DNA from: Nitrospirota bacterium
Lineage (GTDB): Bacteria > Nitrospirota > Thermodesulfovibrionia > Thermodesulfovibrionales > Dissulfurispiraceae
NCBI GenBank assembly: GCA_963710375.1
Contig: CAVPZX010000002.1
Location: 928,001 to 992,000 of the forward strand
Reading direction: 5' to 3'
Length of the DNA: 64,000 nucleotides
Part shown: positions 48,744 through 59,688 of the stretch, in pieces
Layout: every line of letters starts with the position of its first letter
Position numbering within the stretch: the first letter of the stretch is position 1
Translations under genes and position numbers: made by a program
The notes under the pieces: model-generated
Told to the model about the DNA's origin: nothing
The model's input: the letters and a program-made list of their open reading frames with translations, nothing else
The model's database searches: none

Positions 48744-50054
48744 TTGAAAATGGGCTCAAAAAGAAAATGGCTTGTCGTTACTACCATCCTATGCTTTGCA
48801 TTTGCTGCTGCGCTCATAGGTAAGTGGACCATCGGAACTGTAAATGCCGAGAGCGGCTATGAAGACTTAAAGACTTTTACTGAAGTTCTGACTTTGATAA
48901 AGAAAGATTATGTCGATGAGGTCAAGACAAAGGAGCTGATTACCTCGGCAATCAAGGGCATGGTCTCCTCACTTGATCCGCACTCAGGCTATATGACGCA
49001 AGACGCATTCAAAGAGCTGCAGGTAGAAACCAAAGGAGAGTTCGGCGGTCTTGGCATACAGATAGGGATCAAAGACGCTGTTCTTACCGTCATTGCACCT
49101 ATTGATGATACCCCTGCCTACAAGGCGGGAATTAAGGCAGGTGACAAGATAGTAAAGATAGCCGGAGAATCTACAAAGAATATGGACATAGAAAAAGCTG
49201 TTACAAAGATGCGGGGGCCTAAAGGCACTCCTATTGTATTGACCATCTTTAGAGAGGGCTGGAAGGAGACTAAGGATTTCACCATTGTCAGAGATATAAT
49301 AAAAATTAAAAGCGTCAAGTCCAAAATGCTGGATTCCTCTATCGGATACATTAAGCTGACCCAGTTCCAGGAATCCACTGCCGCCGATCTTGCTTCAGCG
49401 CTTACAGGCCTGAAGAAGGATGGCATGACTTCCATTATCCTTGACCTGAGAAATGATCCCGGCGGCCTGCTCAACAGTGCAGTGGATGTGGCTGAACAGT
49501 TCCTGCCTCCTAAGCAGCTCGTGGTATATATAAAAGGCCGGACCGGAGATAAAATAGAATACTTTACTGAAGGAGATAAACCCTCCTACACTGGAATCCC
49601 CATGGTAGTACTTGTCAACCAGGGCAGCGCGAGCGCTTCCGAGATCGTTGCAGGTGCGCTGAAAGACTGGAAGCGGGCAATCATAATAGGCATGCAGACT
49701 TTTGGCAAAGGCTCGGTCCAAAGCCTCATACCGCTTAGCGACGGCTCGGGACTACGGCTTACTACCGCAAAATACTATACCCCCAGCGGAACAAGCATAC
49801 AGAACGTCGGCATTACTCCGGATATCGTTGTCAAGCTCGCTGCCGCAGAAGGGCAGGCGAATCATACCATTATCAGGGAGAGAGATCTCCAGGGGCATCT
49901 TAAGAACGAAACTGTAAAAGAGGAACCCGAGGAGAAAGAAACAGCAACTCCTTTTGAGGTCGAAGAGAAAGATGATGCGCAGCTCCAGCGGGCAATAGAT
50001 ACGCTCAAGGCCTGGAAGGTGTTCGAAAATATACTGCTAAAAAAAGCAGCTTAA
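48744..50054 (+). CDS. ctpA: Carboxyl-terminal processing protease (S41, PDZ)
   Basis: SLDPHS, GEFGGLGI, ILDLRNDPGG, SASASEIVAGAL, TFGKGSVQ. Confidence 0.9.
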   Translation: MKMGSKRKWLVVTTILCFAFAAALIGKWTIGTVNAESGYEDLKTFTEVLTLIKKDYVDEVKTKELITSAIKGMVSSLDPHSGYMTQDAFKELQVETKGEFGGLGIQIGIKDAVLTVIAPIDDTPAYKAGIKAGDKIVKIAGESTKNMDIEKAVTKMRGPKGTPIVLTIFREGWKETKDFTIVRDIIKIKSVKSKMLDSSIGYIKLTQFQESTAADLASALTGLKKDGMTSIILDLRNDPGGLLNSAVDVAEQFLPPKQLVVYIKGRTGDKIEYFTEGDKPSYTGIPMVVLVNQGSASASEIVAGALKDWKRAIIIGMQTFGKGSVQSLIPLSDGSGLRLTTAKYYTPSGTSIQNVGITPDIVVKLAAAEGQANHTIIRERDLQGHLKNETVKEEPEEKETATPFEVEEKDDAQLQRAIDTLKAWKVFENILLKKAA

Positions 50055-50059
50055 ATATA

Positions 50060-50167
50060 AGGCAAAAGGCTAAGGGCTAAAGGCGAAAGGTTTAATAAAA
50101 ACAATAAAAATAGTCAGTCTGTGTTTTGGTTTTTAACCTTTAGCCATTTGCCCTTAGCCTTTTGCCT
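50060..50167. repeat. Long hairpin with 33-bp arms built of GGC(A/T/G)AA(A/G) heptamers
   Basis: 50060-50092 versus the reverse complement of 50135-50167, 3 mismatches. Confidence 0.7.
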
Positions 50168-50176
50168 ATTTTTTTT

Positions 50177-50870
50177 ATGAGTCGCATCATATTTGACATA
50201 GAGACAGTTGGGATGGATTTTGAATCCCTTGATCCCGTCACTCAGGAATACTTTCTTAAATGGGCCGAATCTGAAGAAGAGGCCAAGAGGATAAGGGAGA
50301 GCCTCTCCTTCTATCCGCTCACCGCTGAGATTATTACCATTGGGATGCTCAATCCGGATACCGGCAAAGGCGCTATTTATTTCCAGACGCCCGGCGATAT
50401 GCTGCTGCCTTTTGACGAAGGAGGGATCCGGTTCGAGAGCGGTACGGAAAAGGAACTGCTCGAAAAGTTCTGGAGCACCGTCAAAATGTATGACCAGTTC
50501 ATCACCTTTAACGGCAGGGTGTTTGATTGCCCGTTCATTCTCATCCGCTCTGCACTGCATAAAATAAGGCCATCGAGAGATTTGATGCCCAACCGTTATA
50601 GTGGACCCCATATCGATCTTCTCGATCAATTGTCCTTTTACGGGACCACGAAAAAACGTTTCAGTCTTGATATGTGGTGCCGGACATTCAATATTAAGAG
50701 CCCCAAGGCCGATGGCATTACCGGATATGATGTGAAAGATCTCTTCAGGTCAAAACGCTACGTTGATATTGCACGCTACTGCGCCGGAGACATTAGAGCA
50801 ACGAAAGAAGCTCTTCCTCATATGGGAAAACTATATTAAATTTTCTCCAGGCGAAAAAAACCGGCAATAA
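50177..50870 (+). CDS. PolB-like 3'-5' exonuclease / RNase H-like domain protein; one-base insertion at ~50808
   Basis: IFDIET, ITFNGRVFDCPF, HIDLLD, YCAGD; removing one A from GAAGCTC gives KELFLIWENYIKF...TAA 50870. Confidence 0.75.
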
Positions 50871-50883
50871 TTTTTTATTGCCG
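50862..50883 (-). terminator. Hairpin between convergent genes, probable intrinsic terminator
   Basis: CGGCAATAA...TTATTGCCG stem with an A-run on the left (U-tract on the minus strand). Confidence 0.5.
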
Positions 50884-50886
50884 TCC

Positions 50887-51981
50887 CTACCGCGTATACT
50901 CGTTGACCTTTGCGACTTCGAACCTGTCCGTCAGCAGGACATTCCGGACAAAAGCGAATATTTTCTTTCGCACTTCTGACGTAATATCAGGGTAAAAAAC
51001 AGGGTTTGCAACGACTACGCCCCTGAAAGCATAAAAAGGCGCGAGCACCTCATACAATTCTCTATCACCTGACAATGCCACATATTCATTAAAAAACAGC
51101 TTCAGGGCCTCCAGATAGGGGCCTGTGACTGTACTGTGAGCGCGCAGAGAAGAAAACACGTAATTTGTCGTCAGCGCGGTAACATCATCGGCAGCTTCTC
51201 CCCAGGGGCCGCGGCTTCTGTCCAATAGTACAAAGTCGACCTCTTTGCTCTCCACGTCCCGGCGCCCCCGTGTCTCTGTTTTGTATTCTTTAAACCATAT
51301 ATTGCCGGGATGAAAATCGCCATGGATCTGGCAGAGACGTTCAGCTTTGGGCTTCAGCCGTGCCCTCCAGTCTATGCACAATTTTTCTATTTCGGACATT
51401 TCTTCATACGATATCACTCCATCGGGATATGTATCGAATACGCCCATCAGGCATTCTCCATGTCCTATGGTGTCCCTTATCTTTCTCCAGTAAAGATGCC
51501 TCGAATCCTTTTTAACCGCATGGATAGATGAAAGATAGGCAGCCATAGACCGAACCTTTCCGATGTCCATCGCATTCAGACGGTCTTTATGTGCAAATTC
51601 GGCCAGATCGATAAAATAATCTTTCCCTTCAGCACGCTCCATAAGCAGGTAATATTCTTTACCGCCGCCTATTGTACGAATGGAACCGTCCTCATGTTCA
51701 GCCAGCACGTCGATTGCCGCAACATGCTTTGGAAGGTTTGCATATTCATCGAGGTCTAAGAGAAATACTGCGGCCCTGTCAGAGGGGTAATCGTGTCCGA
51801 GTCCTGTGGATAAGAGTTTCTTTATCACATATGATTTGACCTCAGTAGATGTCTTAACCTCAATGAGAAAACCGGAACCCTGGACCCCTGAGCCGAGTTT
51901 TCTGATGTCCACTCTAACAGCTTCGGGGAATTCTTTAAAAAGATATGTCCTTAAAGCATCTTCGTTGATCATTGCGGCCAT
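50887..51981 (-). CDS. Aminoglycoside-phosphotransferase/kinase-like family protein
   Basis: LGSGVQG, HGDFHPGNI, LLDRSRG motifs. Confidence 0.75.
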   Translation of the reverse strand: MAAMINEDALRTYLFKEFPEAVRVDIRKLGSGVQGSGFLIEVKTSTEVKSYVIKKLLSTGLGHDYPSDRAAVFLLDLDEYANLPKHVAAIDVLAEHEDGSIRTIGGGKEYYLLMERAEGKDYFIDLAEFAHKDRLNAMDIGKVRSMAAYLSSIHAVKKDSRHLYWRKIRDTIGHGECLMGVFDTYPDGVISYEEMSEIEKLCIDWRARLKPKAERLCQIHGDFHPGNIWFKEYKTETRGRRDVESKEVDFVLLDRSRGPWGEAADDVTALTTNYVFSSLRAHSTVTGPYLEALKLFFNEYVALSGDRELYEVLAPFYAFRGVVVANPVFYPDITSEVRKKIFAFVRNVLLTDRFEVAKVNEYTR

Positions 51982-52907
51982 GGTCCGAAATTGTCGGCAT
52001 AGCGCTTAATGAACTCATTGTACGTGTAACTATGCTCTTGTGTCCCATACTTTTCCAGGGCATATGCTGCAGCCACTGTGCCTATTTTTGCCGCAGTCTC
52101 TAGATCCTTGCCCATAGCAAAGCCCTTAATCAGCCCAGCCCTGTATGCGTCCCCGGCTCCGGTCGGATCGACAACAGTGTCAACCTTGGCAGAAGGCACT
52201 CTGATATCGCCTTCAGGCGTACTGATGAGAGATCCCTTTTCTCCCAGCGTGCTGATAATAACGCCCGCCAATTTCAGCAGTCCTTTTTTGTCCATATTTG
52301 TTATTTTCATAATCATTTCGAGTTCATAGTCGTTGGATATCAGCAGCATCGAGCCGGTGATCCACTCGATAAGCGCATGTTTGTCCCATGCCGTAAGCGA
52401 CTGACCAGGGTCACAAATATACCGGATCTTTTTGAGTCTGCATGCTCTGGCATACTCCATCATGTCAGTGAGATTTCCCGGCCCTATCAGGCTTATGGCA
52501 TTGTCAGGGTTCGCATTGCTAAAATCATATCCTGAAGGATACTTCATTGCGCCCGGGTTAAATCCCGTAATCTGGTTATCTGACTTGTCAGTCGTTATAT
52601 ACGCCCCGGCAGTAAACTCTTCATTGATTACTTTTATTCCCTCTGAGGAGATATGATTTTTTTCGAGCCAGTCAAAGTAACTCCGGTAATCCTTGCCGAT
52701 AGTTGCGAGAATTATAGGCTTTTCATTGAGCAAGCCCAACGAATAGGCTATATTCCCGGCAGTCCCCCCGAACTTCTCTATCATACCGTTAACGGTAAAA
52801 CAGACGTTCAGGATATGAATCTTATCAGGCAGAATATGGTCGGAAAATTTTCCGGGAAAATCCATGATCCGGTCATAAGCCAGTGACCCTGAAATATAAA
52901 TCTGCAT
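51969..52907 (-). CDS. PfkB-family carbohydrate/nucleoside kinase (adenosine kinase-like)
   Basis: ISGSLAYDRIMDFPG, GGTAGNIAY, DPGQ, DPTGAGDAYRAG. Confidence 0.85.
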   Translation of the reverse strand: MQIYISGSLAYDRIMDFPGKFSDHILPDKIHILNVCFTVNGMIEKFGGTAGNIAYSLGLLNEKPIILATIGKDYRSYFDWLEKNHISSEGIKVINEEFTAGAYITTDKSDNQITGFNPGAMKYPSGYDFSNANPDNAISLIGPGNLTDMMEYARACRLKKIRYICDPGQSLTAWDKHALIEWITGSMLLISNDYELEMIMKITNMDKKGLLKLAGVIISTLGEKGSLISTPEGDIRVPSAKVDTVVDPTGAGDAYRAGLIKGFAMGKDLETAAKIGTVAAAYALEKYGTQEHSYTYNEFIKRYADNFGPWPQ

Positions 52908-52918
52908 AATGCTCTCCT

Positions 52919-54687
52919 TCATCCCCTCAGTTCTTCTTTGAGCCGTTCAGCAATTTTCCTGTTGAAACCTTTGATGTTCACGATGTCGTCCGTCGTTGCA
53001 TGTCTGATCCCATCGAGACTGCCGAAATGCCTCAAGGCTCGATCCGCCGCTTTCGGCCTATGCCCGGAATCCTGGTAAGCGGAGAGTCCATGAGTTTTTT
53101 GTCTCTTAATTTCCTGTGGAAGCTGATCGCAAACCGATGGACTTCATCCCTTATTTTTTTGAGCAGTAATGATGACCTGTCTTTATCTTCAAGGTCAACG
53201 ATCCCGCCGTTCAGGAGGAAGGCCCTGTCGGGTTTTTTTGCGATACCGACGATATCTTTCACTATGCCGAGTTCTTCCATGGCCTTGAGTGCAACATCGA
53301 GCTGGGCTTTTCCGCCATCGACAGCGATAAGGTCCGGCACCTTGTCTCCCAGGTTTTTCAGCGTCCGGAAGACAATCTCTTTCATCATAGCATAGTCATC
53401 GACACCCTGCGTTTCTCTTATCCTGAGATGTCTGAAAAGCCCTTTTTTGAATGACCCGTGCTCCCAGAAGACAAATGCGCCGACCGATTCGCTGCCCTGG
53501 ATGGTAGAGACGTCAAAGGCCCCGATTGACACCGGCGTCTGCGCGAGCTGTAATTTTTCCCTCAGTTTTTGCATGCTTACATCACGCGGAGTTCTTATCC
53601 TGGAGGCAAGGTGGAGACGCGCGTTTTCATCCGCCATTTTCAGCAGGTCGCGCTTTTTGCCTCGCCGCGGTATATCTATATCAACACTGCCTCCCCGTTT
53701 GTCTCTTAGCCAGCTCTTCAACGCCTCCCTGTCTGCAGGCTGAACACCGGCCAAGATGACCGGAGCCGGAATTATGTCCTTAGCATAGAAGAATTCTATT
53801 ACACTTCTCATTATCTCCTGCTCATTGGACTCCGGCACTTTTTCGAGAAAAAAGTCTTTGGCGCCGATTAAAATGCCCTTTCTCAGAAAAAGAATATTTA
53901 TCACCGCCATATCACCTTCGCGGAAGAAACCTATAACATCGATATCTCCGAGTTCCGGAGCTATAACCTTCTGCGATTCAAACGCCCGCTGGAGCTTGCC
54001 GATGCTGTCCCTTACCCGCGCGGCCTCCTCATAGCGCATCTGTTCGGAATAAGCCTGCATTTTGTGCTCCAGGTTTTTCAGCAATTCCATCTTCTCGCCT
54101 GAAAGGAAGAGTCTCACATCTTCCACAATATCCATGTATTCCTCTTTAGTTATTTTTTCTGCACATGGCGCCGGACATTTTTTCATATCGTGTTGTATAC
54201 AGGGCCGCATCGCCTTATCAAGCGCATAGTTGCATGGCCTGATAGGAAAATTCCTTCTGATAAAGGCCAATGCCTCCCACATGGCCTGAGCGGGTATGTA
54301 AGGGCCAAAATAAAGGTTCCCGTCACGTTTAATTCCCCGTACCACCTCTATTCTCGGCCACGCTTCGGTTAGCGTCAGTTTGAGATACGGATAGTTTTTG
54401 TCATCTCTGAGGATAATATTGAAATTGGGCTTGTGTCGTTTGATCAGGCTTGCCTCAAGAATAAGCGCCTCAAGTTCGTTGTCTGTAACAATATAGGAAA
54501 AATCTTTAATAAGCCTCACCATTGCCGCTTTGCGAGGTTCGAGGTTGGCTGATTCCCGGAAATAGCTTCTCAAGCGGGTCCTCAGGTTCTTCGCCTTGCC
54601 CACATAAAGTACATTACCCTTTTGTCCTTTGAAAATATATACGCCCGGCCTGCGGGGGGTTTTTGACAGTTCTGGAACCATACGCAT
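52919..54687 (-). CDS. uvrC: Excinuclease ABC subunit C; one-base deletion at ~53036 cuts off the HhH tail
   Basis: PGVYIF, YVGKAKNLRTR, DDKNYPY, DGGKAQL, RDEVHRFA; GAGCC read as GAGCTC restores ELLRHFGSL...KGFNRKIAE to TGA 52919. Confidence 0.9.
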
Positions 54688-54772
54688 ACTATATCATATC
54701 GGGACGGAGCGGGCAGTTTGGGTCGAGCCAAATCGATGTTTTTTTCGGCTTACTGTTATAATACCTCAAGGT

Positions 54773-56552
54773 ATGTCGTCTTTTAATTTGCAACGGTTTA
54801 TAGCAATCTCTTTTCTTGCAATAGGCCTCGGGGCATTCGGAGGCTTTGTATACTGGAGCAGGCTCAGATCTCCCTGAAGTCAGGTCCCTCGAGACCTACA
54901 CTCCACTGGAATCTTCTTTCGTCTATTCTTCCGACGGACACGAGCTGGCTGAATTCTATCTGGAAAGAAGGAACTTTATCCCTCACTACAAAATCCCCGC
55001 AATGGTAAAAAATGCCTTTATCGCCATTGAGGACCAGCGGTTTTACTCCCACTCCGGCGTAGATTTTATTGGAATATTACGGGCGCTTTACAGGGACATA
55101 ATGGCTAAGAGCATTGTCGAAGGCGGAAGCACTATTACCCAGCAACTGACCAAGATGCTTTTCCTCAAGCCGGAAAAGAACATCGCCAGGAAAATAAAAG
55201 AGGCGATCATATCCGTGCAGATCGAAAAACGTTATACCAAGGACGAGATATTGGGCATGTATCTTAACAAGGCGTATTTCGGAACGCGTGCTTACGGGAT
55301 AGAGGCCGCGGCCCAGACCTATTTCGGCAAATCCGTAAGTGAACTGTCAATTGCGGAAGCTGCGATGCTTGCGGGGCTCCAGCGCGCGCCTGCAACATAT
55401 TCACCCTTCAGGAACTCTGAAAAAACCTCATTGCGGAGAGATCTCGTTTTAAAAAAAATGCTCGAAAACGGCTTTATCTCGAAGGACGAATACCAACTGG
55501 CCATCAAAGAGCCTCTCCCCCTTGCTCCGCACAACAGGAAATACGAAGCCCCTTACTTTATAGAATACCTGCGGCAGCAGCTCGAGGCACGATACGGCGA
55601 CAAACTATACACTTCCGGGCTGAAGATATATTCCACCATCGACTACTCTTTGCAGCAGGCTGCTGAAGATGCTGTCAGAAACGGCATCACCCTTATAGAA
55701 AAACGTGTGCAACCGGAAGTTCAGGCGGCATTAGTGGCAATAGATCCGCTGGACGGCTCCATAAAGGCAATGGTTGGCGGCACCGATTTCTGGGAGACAC
55801 AGTTCAACAGGGCCACGCTCGCCTTGCGGCAGCCCGGGTCCGCATTCAAACCGTTTGTTTATGCCACCGCCATCGAAAGCGGCATGTCTACGGATGACGA
55901 GATCCTCGACGAGCCGGTAGTCTATCCCGGAGCAGGCCCCAACACAATCTGGTCCCCCAAAAATTACGATAACCAGTACCACGGGTTGGTCCCTTTAAAA
56001 ACAGCGATAGCCCTTTCTTTGAATACTGCCACTGTCCGCCTCGCCAATGATATAGGCATAGCTAAAATAATAGGTCTTGCAAAACGCTGCGGAATAAAAA
56101 GCACCCTCCAGCCCTATTTGCCTATAGCCTTAGGTGCTTCTGACGTGACACTGATTGATTTGACCTCTGCCTATGGAGTATTTGCGACCGGCAGAAGGAC
56201 CGAGCCCCTGACGTATGAGAGGATACTCAACAGGGAGGGGGTACCGGTTGAGGAGGTTCACCCCTCCTCAGAGGAAGTGCTTAGCCAGGATACCCTCGAT
56301 AAAATGAAAGAACTGCTGCATGCAGTCATCGAAGCCGGGACTGCAATAAGGGCAAAAGAGCTTAAAAGAATGGTGTACGGCAAGACCGGCACGACAAATA
56401 ATTTCTCCGATGCATGGTTTATCGGGTTCGACGACAATCTCGTTGTCGGCGTATGGGTGGGACGGGACAACCACAAACCTATAGGGCCGAAAGAGACCGG
56501 CGCACAGGCTGCGCTGCCCATATGGCTGGATTTTATGAAGCATGAACAATAA
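54773..56552 (+). CDS. Penicillin-binding protein 1A family; one-base insertion at ~54861 separates the TM anchor
   Basis: EDQRFYSH, GGSTITQQL, RQPGSAFKP, SLN, KTGT; anchor MSSFNLQRFIAISFLAIGLG joins if AGGCT is read as AGCT. Confidence 0.9.
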
Positions 56553-56582
56553 CCTTCCTAGAAATGATAGAATAATTACTCA

Positions 56583-57362
56583 ATGGGAAAAGTAATAGTA
56601 GTAGCCAATCAAAAAGGCGGGGTCGGAAAAACAACGACAACTGTCAATTTGTCAGCCTCTCTTGCCCTTGCTGAAAAGGATATACTAGTCATCGACACTG
56701 ACCCTCAGGGCAACCTGACCAGCGGGCTCGGCATAGACAGGGACACTGTGCAGAAGAGCCTTTACGACGTCTATGCAGGCAGGGTTCCGCTTGAAGAGGT
56801 GATCATCGAGACCGCTGTGCCGCATCTCTATATCGTCCCTTCCACCATTGACCTTCTCGGCGCTGAAGTAGAACTGGTCCAAAAGGAAGGACGTGAAAGA
56901 ATCCTGTCGAATGAGATCGAAAAAATAAGACACAATTACCGGTATGTCTTCATCGACTGTCCTCCTTCCCTCGGGATACTGACACTTAATGGCCTTGTTG
57001 CAGCTGATTCCGTGCTCATTCCGGTGCAGTGCGAATATTATTCCCTCGAAGGGCTCGGCCTGCTGTCGAGAACACTCAAACTTATACGGGGATCATTCAA
57101 TCCGTCACTCGATATCGAGGGGATACTCCTTACCATGTTCGACTCCAGGAACACCCTTTCACACCAGGTGGTTGAAGAGGTCAGGAAATTTTTCAACGAG
57201 AAGGTATATCAAACCCTGATACCGCGGAACGTTACGCTCAGCGAGGCGCCGAGCCACGGCAAGCCGGCGATACTCTACGATGCCCGGTCAAAAGGCGCCC
57301 AGAGCTACCTATCACTTGCAAAGGAGATGTTGAATGAAAACGGCTTTAGGCAGGGGGCTTGA
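56583..57362 (+). CDS. parA: Chromosome partitioning ATPase ParA/Soj
   Basis: NQKGGVGKTTT, DTDPQGN, DCPPSLG, PRNVTLSEAPSHG. Confidence 0.95.
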   Translation: MGKVIVVANQKGGVGKTTTTVNLSASLALAEKDILVIDTDPQGNLTSGLGIDRDTVQKSLYDVYAGRVPLEEVIIETAVPHLYIVPSTIDLLGAEVELVQKEGRERILSNEIEKIRHNYRYVFIDCPPSLGILTLNGLVAADSVLIPVQCEYYSLEGLGLLSRTLKLIRGSFNPSLDIEGILLTMFDSRNTLSHQVVEEVRKFFNEKVYQTLIPRNVTLSEAPSHGKPAILYDARSKGAQSYLSLAKEMLNENGFRQGA

Positions 57363-58167
57363 GGCACTACTACCCGAAAAGGGTGAAGAGGTCATCAAAA
57401 TTGATATTGAGAAGATTCTGCCTAATGAGCAGCAGCCCAGAAAGGTATTCGACAACGAGGCGCTTAAGGACCTTTCGGATTCGATAAAAGAAAAAGGTGT
57501 TCTCCAGCCTGTGATCGTATCAAGGGTTGGAGACGGTACTTTCAGGTTGATTGCCGGTGAGCGGAGATGGCGTGCTGCACACGTGGCAGGCTTGAAAAAG
57601 ATCCCCGCGCTCGTTAAAGAGACCTCTTCTCAGGACTCTCTCGAAATAGCACTCATAGAAAACATACAGCGTGAGGACCTAAACCCAATAGAAACAGCCG
57701 GGGCATTGAGCAGGCTGACGACAGACTATAATCTTACACAGGAAGCCCTTTCCAGGCGCGTGGGCAAAGACCGTGCGACCATTGCCAATTACCTGCGCAT
57801 CCTCAAGCTGCCGGATGAGGTAAAATCCTTCATTAACAGCAACAGCCTTTCATTGGGTCATGCCAAGGCAATCCTTGCCGTAGATGGGGCCCAAAAGCAG
57901 GTTGAAGCTGCACGGGAAATTGTTAAGGGTGGCTTGAGCGTACGGGCAACTGAGGCCCTGTGCAAAAAATTATCGGGGCCGTCTCAGCCCAAAGTTAAGA
58001 AGAAGCAGGACAAACTCCCTGAAGTGGCAGACCTCGAAAACAGGCTGACACAGGCGCTCGGCACAAAAGTCAGGATCAAGCACAAGGAAAAGAGAGGGCA
58101 AATAGAGATCGATTACTATTCCCTTGATGAGCTGGACAGATTGCTCGAAGTGTTGCTGCAAGAGTAA
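57334..58167 (+). CDS. parB: Chromosome partitioning protein ParB/Spo0J
   Basis: ALGRGLEALL, QPRKVF, IAGERRWRAA, ENIQREDLNPIE. Confidence 0.95.
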   Translation: MKTALGRGLEALLPEKGEEVIKIDIEKILPNEQQPRKVFDNEALKDLSDSIKEKGVLQPVIVSRVGDGTFRLIAGERRWRAAHVAGLKKIPALVKETSSQDSLEIALIENIQREDLNPIETAGALSRLTTDYNLTQEALSRRVGKDRATIANYLRILKLPDEVKSFINSNSLSLGHAKAILAVDGAQKQVEAAREIVKGGLSVRATEALCKKLSGPSQPKVKKKQDKLPEVADLENRLTQALGTKVRIKHKEKRGQIEIDYYSLDELDRLLEVLLQE

Positions 58168-58186
58168 TCACGATCAGAGAATACAC

Positions 58187-59686
58187 TTAATATGGCAAAC
58201 TTACCTTTACTTTAGTGCCTCTATTTTTATGACCGGTGATCTCAACCTTTCCTCCCCAGGGATAAACACGTTCACGCATCCCTATAAGGCCGAAGGATTG
58301 AGGCTTGGAAAGCTGTTCATCTGTTATGCCTTTGCCGTTATCGATAACTTCTAATATTATATTGTCCTTGTCTTTTGTCATTCTCGCTGTCACCTTTGTC
58401 GCACCTGCATGTTTAAGAACGTTTGTCAGTGTTTCCTGGAAAATTCTGAAAAGCGCCGTGCTCCGCTCTTTGTCCATCTCAATATCCTCTGGTACAGAGT
58501 CAACAGCACATTCAATCCGCGTCCTTGTCTGAAATTCATTCGCCTGCCACTGCATTGCTTCAACAAGACCAAAATCATCCAATATCGAAGGTCTCAATTC
58601 AGTGCAGATACGCTTAACAGCACGGATCGTCGCATTGAGGGCATCCATCATGGCTCCGGCCTTGTCGCATATGGCTTTATTGTCTCCGTATCTCTCGCGA
58701 AACCAGCTTAATTCCATCTTCTGAGCGGTTAGTGCCTGTCCAAGTTCATCGTGTATCTCACGGGCAATTTTCGCCCTTTCTTCTTCTCTGACATATTGCA
58801 AATGAGCAGCGAGATTACGTAATTGTTCATTAGATCTATTTAGCTCAGATGTCCTTTCGAGGACGCGCTGTTCCAGTTGTTCGTGGGCCATGCGCAGCTC
58901 CTCTTCTATCTGTTTTCGTTCAGTGATGTCCCGGCTTACTCCCAAGAGTTCTGTTGCCCGGCCCTCATCATTCAACATTAGCGTCGTCACAATCTCAGTC
59001 GGCACTAAAGAGCCATTTTGATGCACTTGGTCCAAATAAAGAGTTTGTATCCGGGTTGAATAGTCATCGCCGGCTGCAAAGGCGTCAAGACGGCTTCTCA
59101 GCCCCTCTATAAACAGCTCATAGGATTCCATGCTAAGAGTTTCTTTCATTGATTGGTGCATTGCTTGCCAGGGGGTGAAGCCTCGCATCCTTTGAACAGA
59201 GGCACTCACAAAGGTAAAACAGCCCGTAACTATATTAAATATCCAAATCACATCCCCCATGTTCTCCGCAAGCAACCGATATAGTTCTTCACTATTACGT
59301 AGTTTGCAGTCGAGATTGTGTTTGTACAGTGTTATGTCCAGGGCTATTCGCAACTCTTTTTCATTGACCGGCTTCAAAAGAAACCCATACGGCCCAGTTA
59401 TCTTAGCTCTCCGAAGCGTCTCTTCTTCAGAGTGGGCAGTAAGATATATCACAGGAACATCATATTTTTCGGATATGTGATCGGCTGTTCCTATGCCGTC
59501 CATTTCACCCTGAAGCTTTATGTCCATCAATATCAAGTCAGGTCTCGCGGCCTGAATGCCCTCAAGCGCTTCCTCTCCTGAAGCAAACACGTTAAGAACA
59601 TCATATCCCATGCGCTCCACGTCTTTTTTTATCTTTAGGGCAACTAACCCTTCATCTTCAACTATCATTATTTTTTTCTTTTCCAT
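58187..59686 (-). CDS. REC-PAS-HisKA_3 hybrid histidine kinase
   Basis: IMIVEDE, MDIKL, PAS, EERAKIAREIHDELGQ, DNGKG, GLIGMRER. Confidence 0.85.
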   Translation of the reverse strand: MEKKKIMIVEDEGLVALKIKKDVERMGYDVLNVFASGEEALEGIQAARPDLILMDIKLQGEMDGIGTADHISEKYDVPVIYLTAHSEEETLRRAKITGPYGFLLKPVNEKELRIALDITLYKHNLDCKLRNSEELYRLLAENMGDVIWIFNIVTGCFTFVSASVQRMRGFTPWQAMHQSMKETLSMESYELFIEGLRSRLDAFAAGDDYSTRIQTLYLDQVHQNGSLVPTEIVTTLMLNDEGRATELLGVSRDITERKQIEEELRMAHEQLEQRVLERTSELNRSNEQLRNLAAHLQYVREEERAKIAREIHDELGQALTAQKMELSWFRERYGDNKAICDKAGAMMDALNATIRAVKRICTELRPSILDDFGLVEAMQWQANEFQTRTRIECAVDSVPEDIEMDKERSTALFRIFQETLTNVLKHAGATKVTARMTKDKDNIILEVIDNGKGITDEQLSKPQSFGLIGMRERVYPWGGKVEITGHKNRGTKVKVSLPY

Positions 59687-59688
59687 AT

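Noticed and set aside
18697..53034. Selenocysteine read-through of the early TGA codons (small ORF, HI0933 gene, uvrC, 38322 ORF)
   Set aside because: In each case the protein continues in a different frame, so read-through would not restore it.
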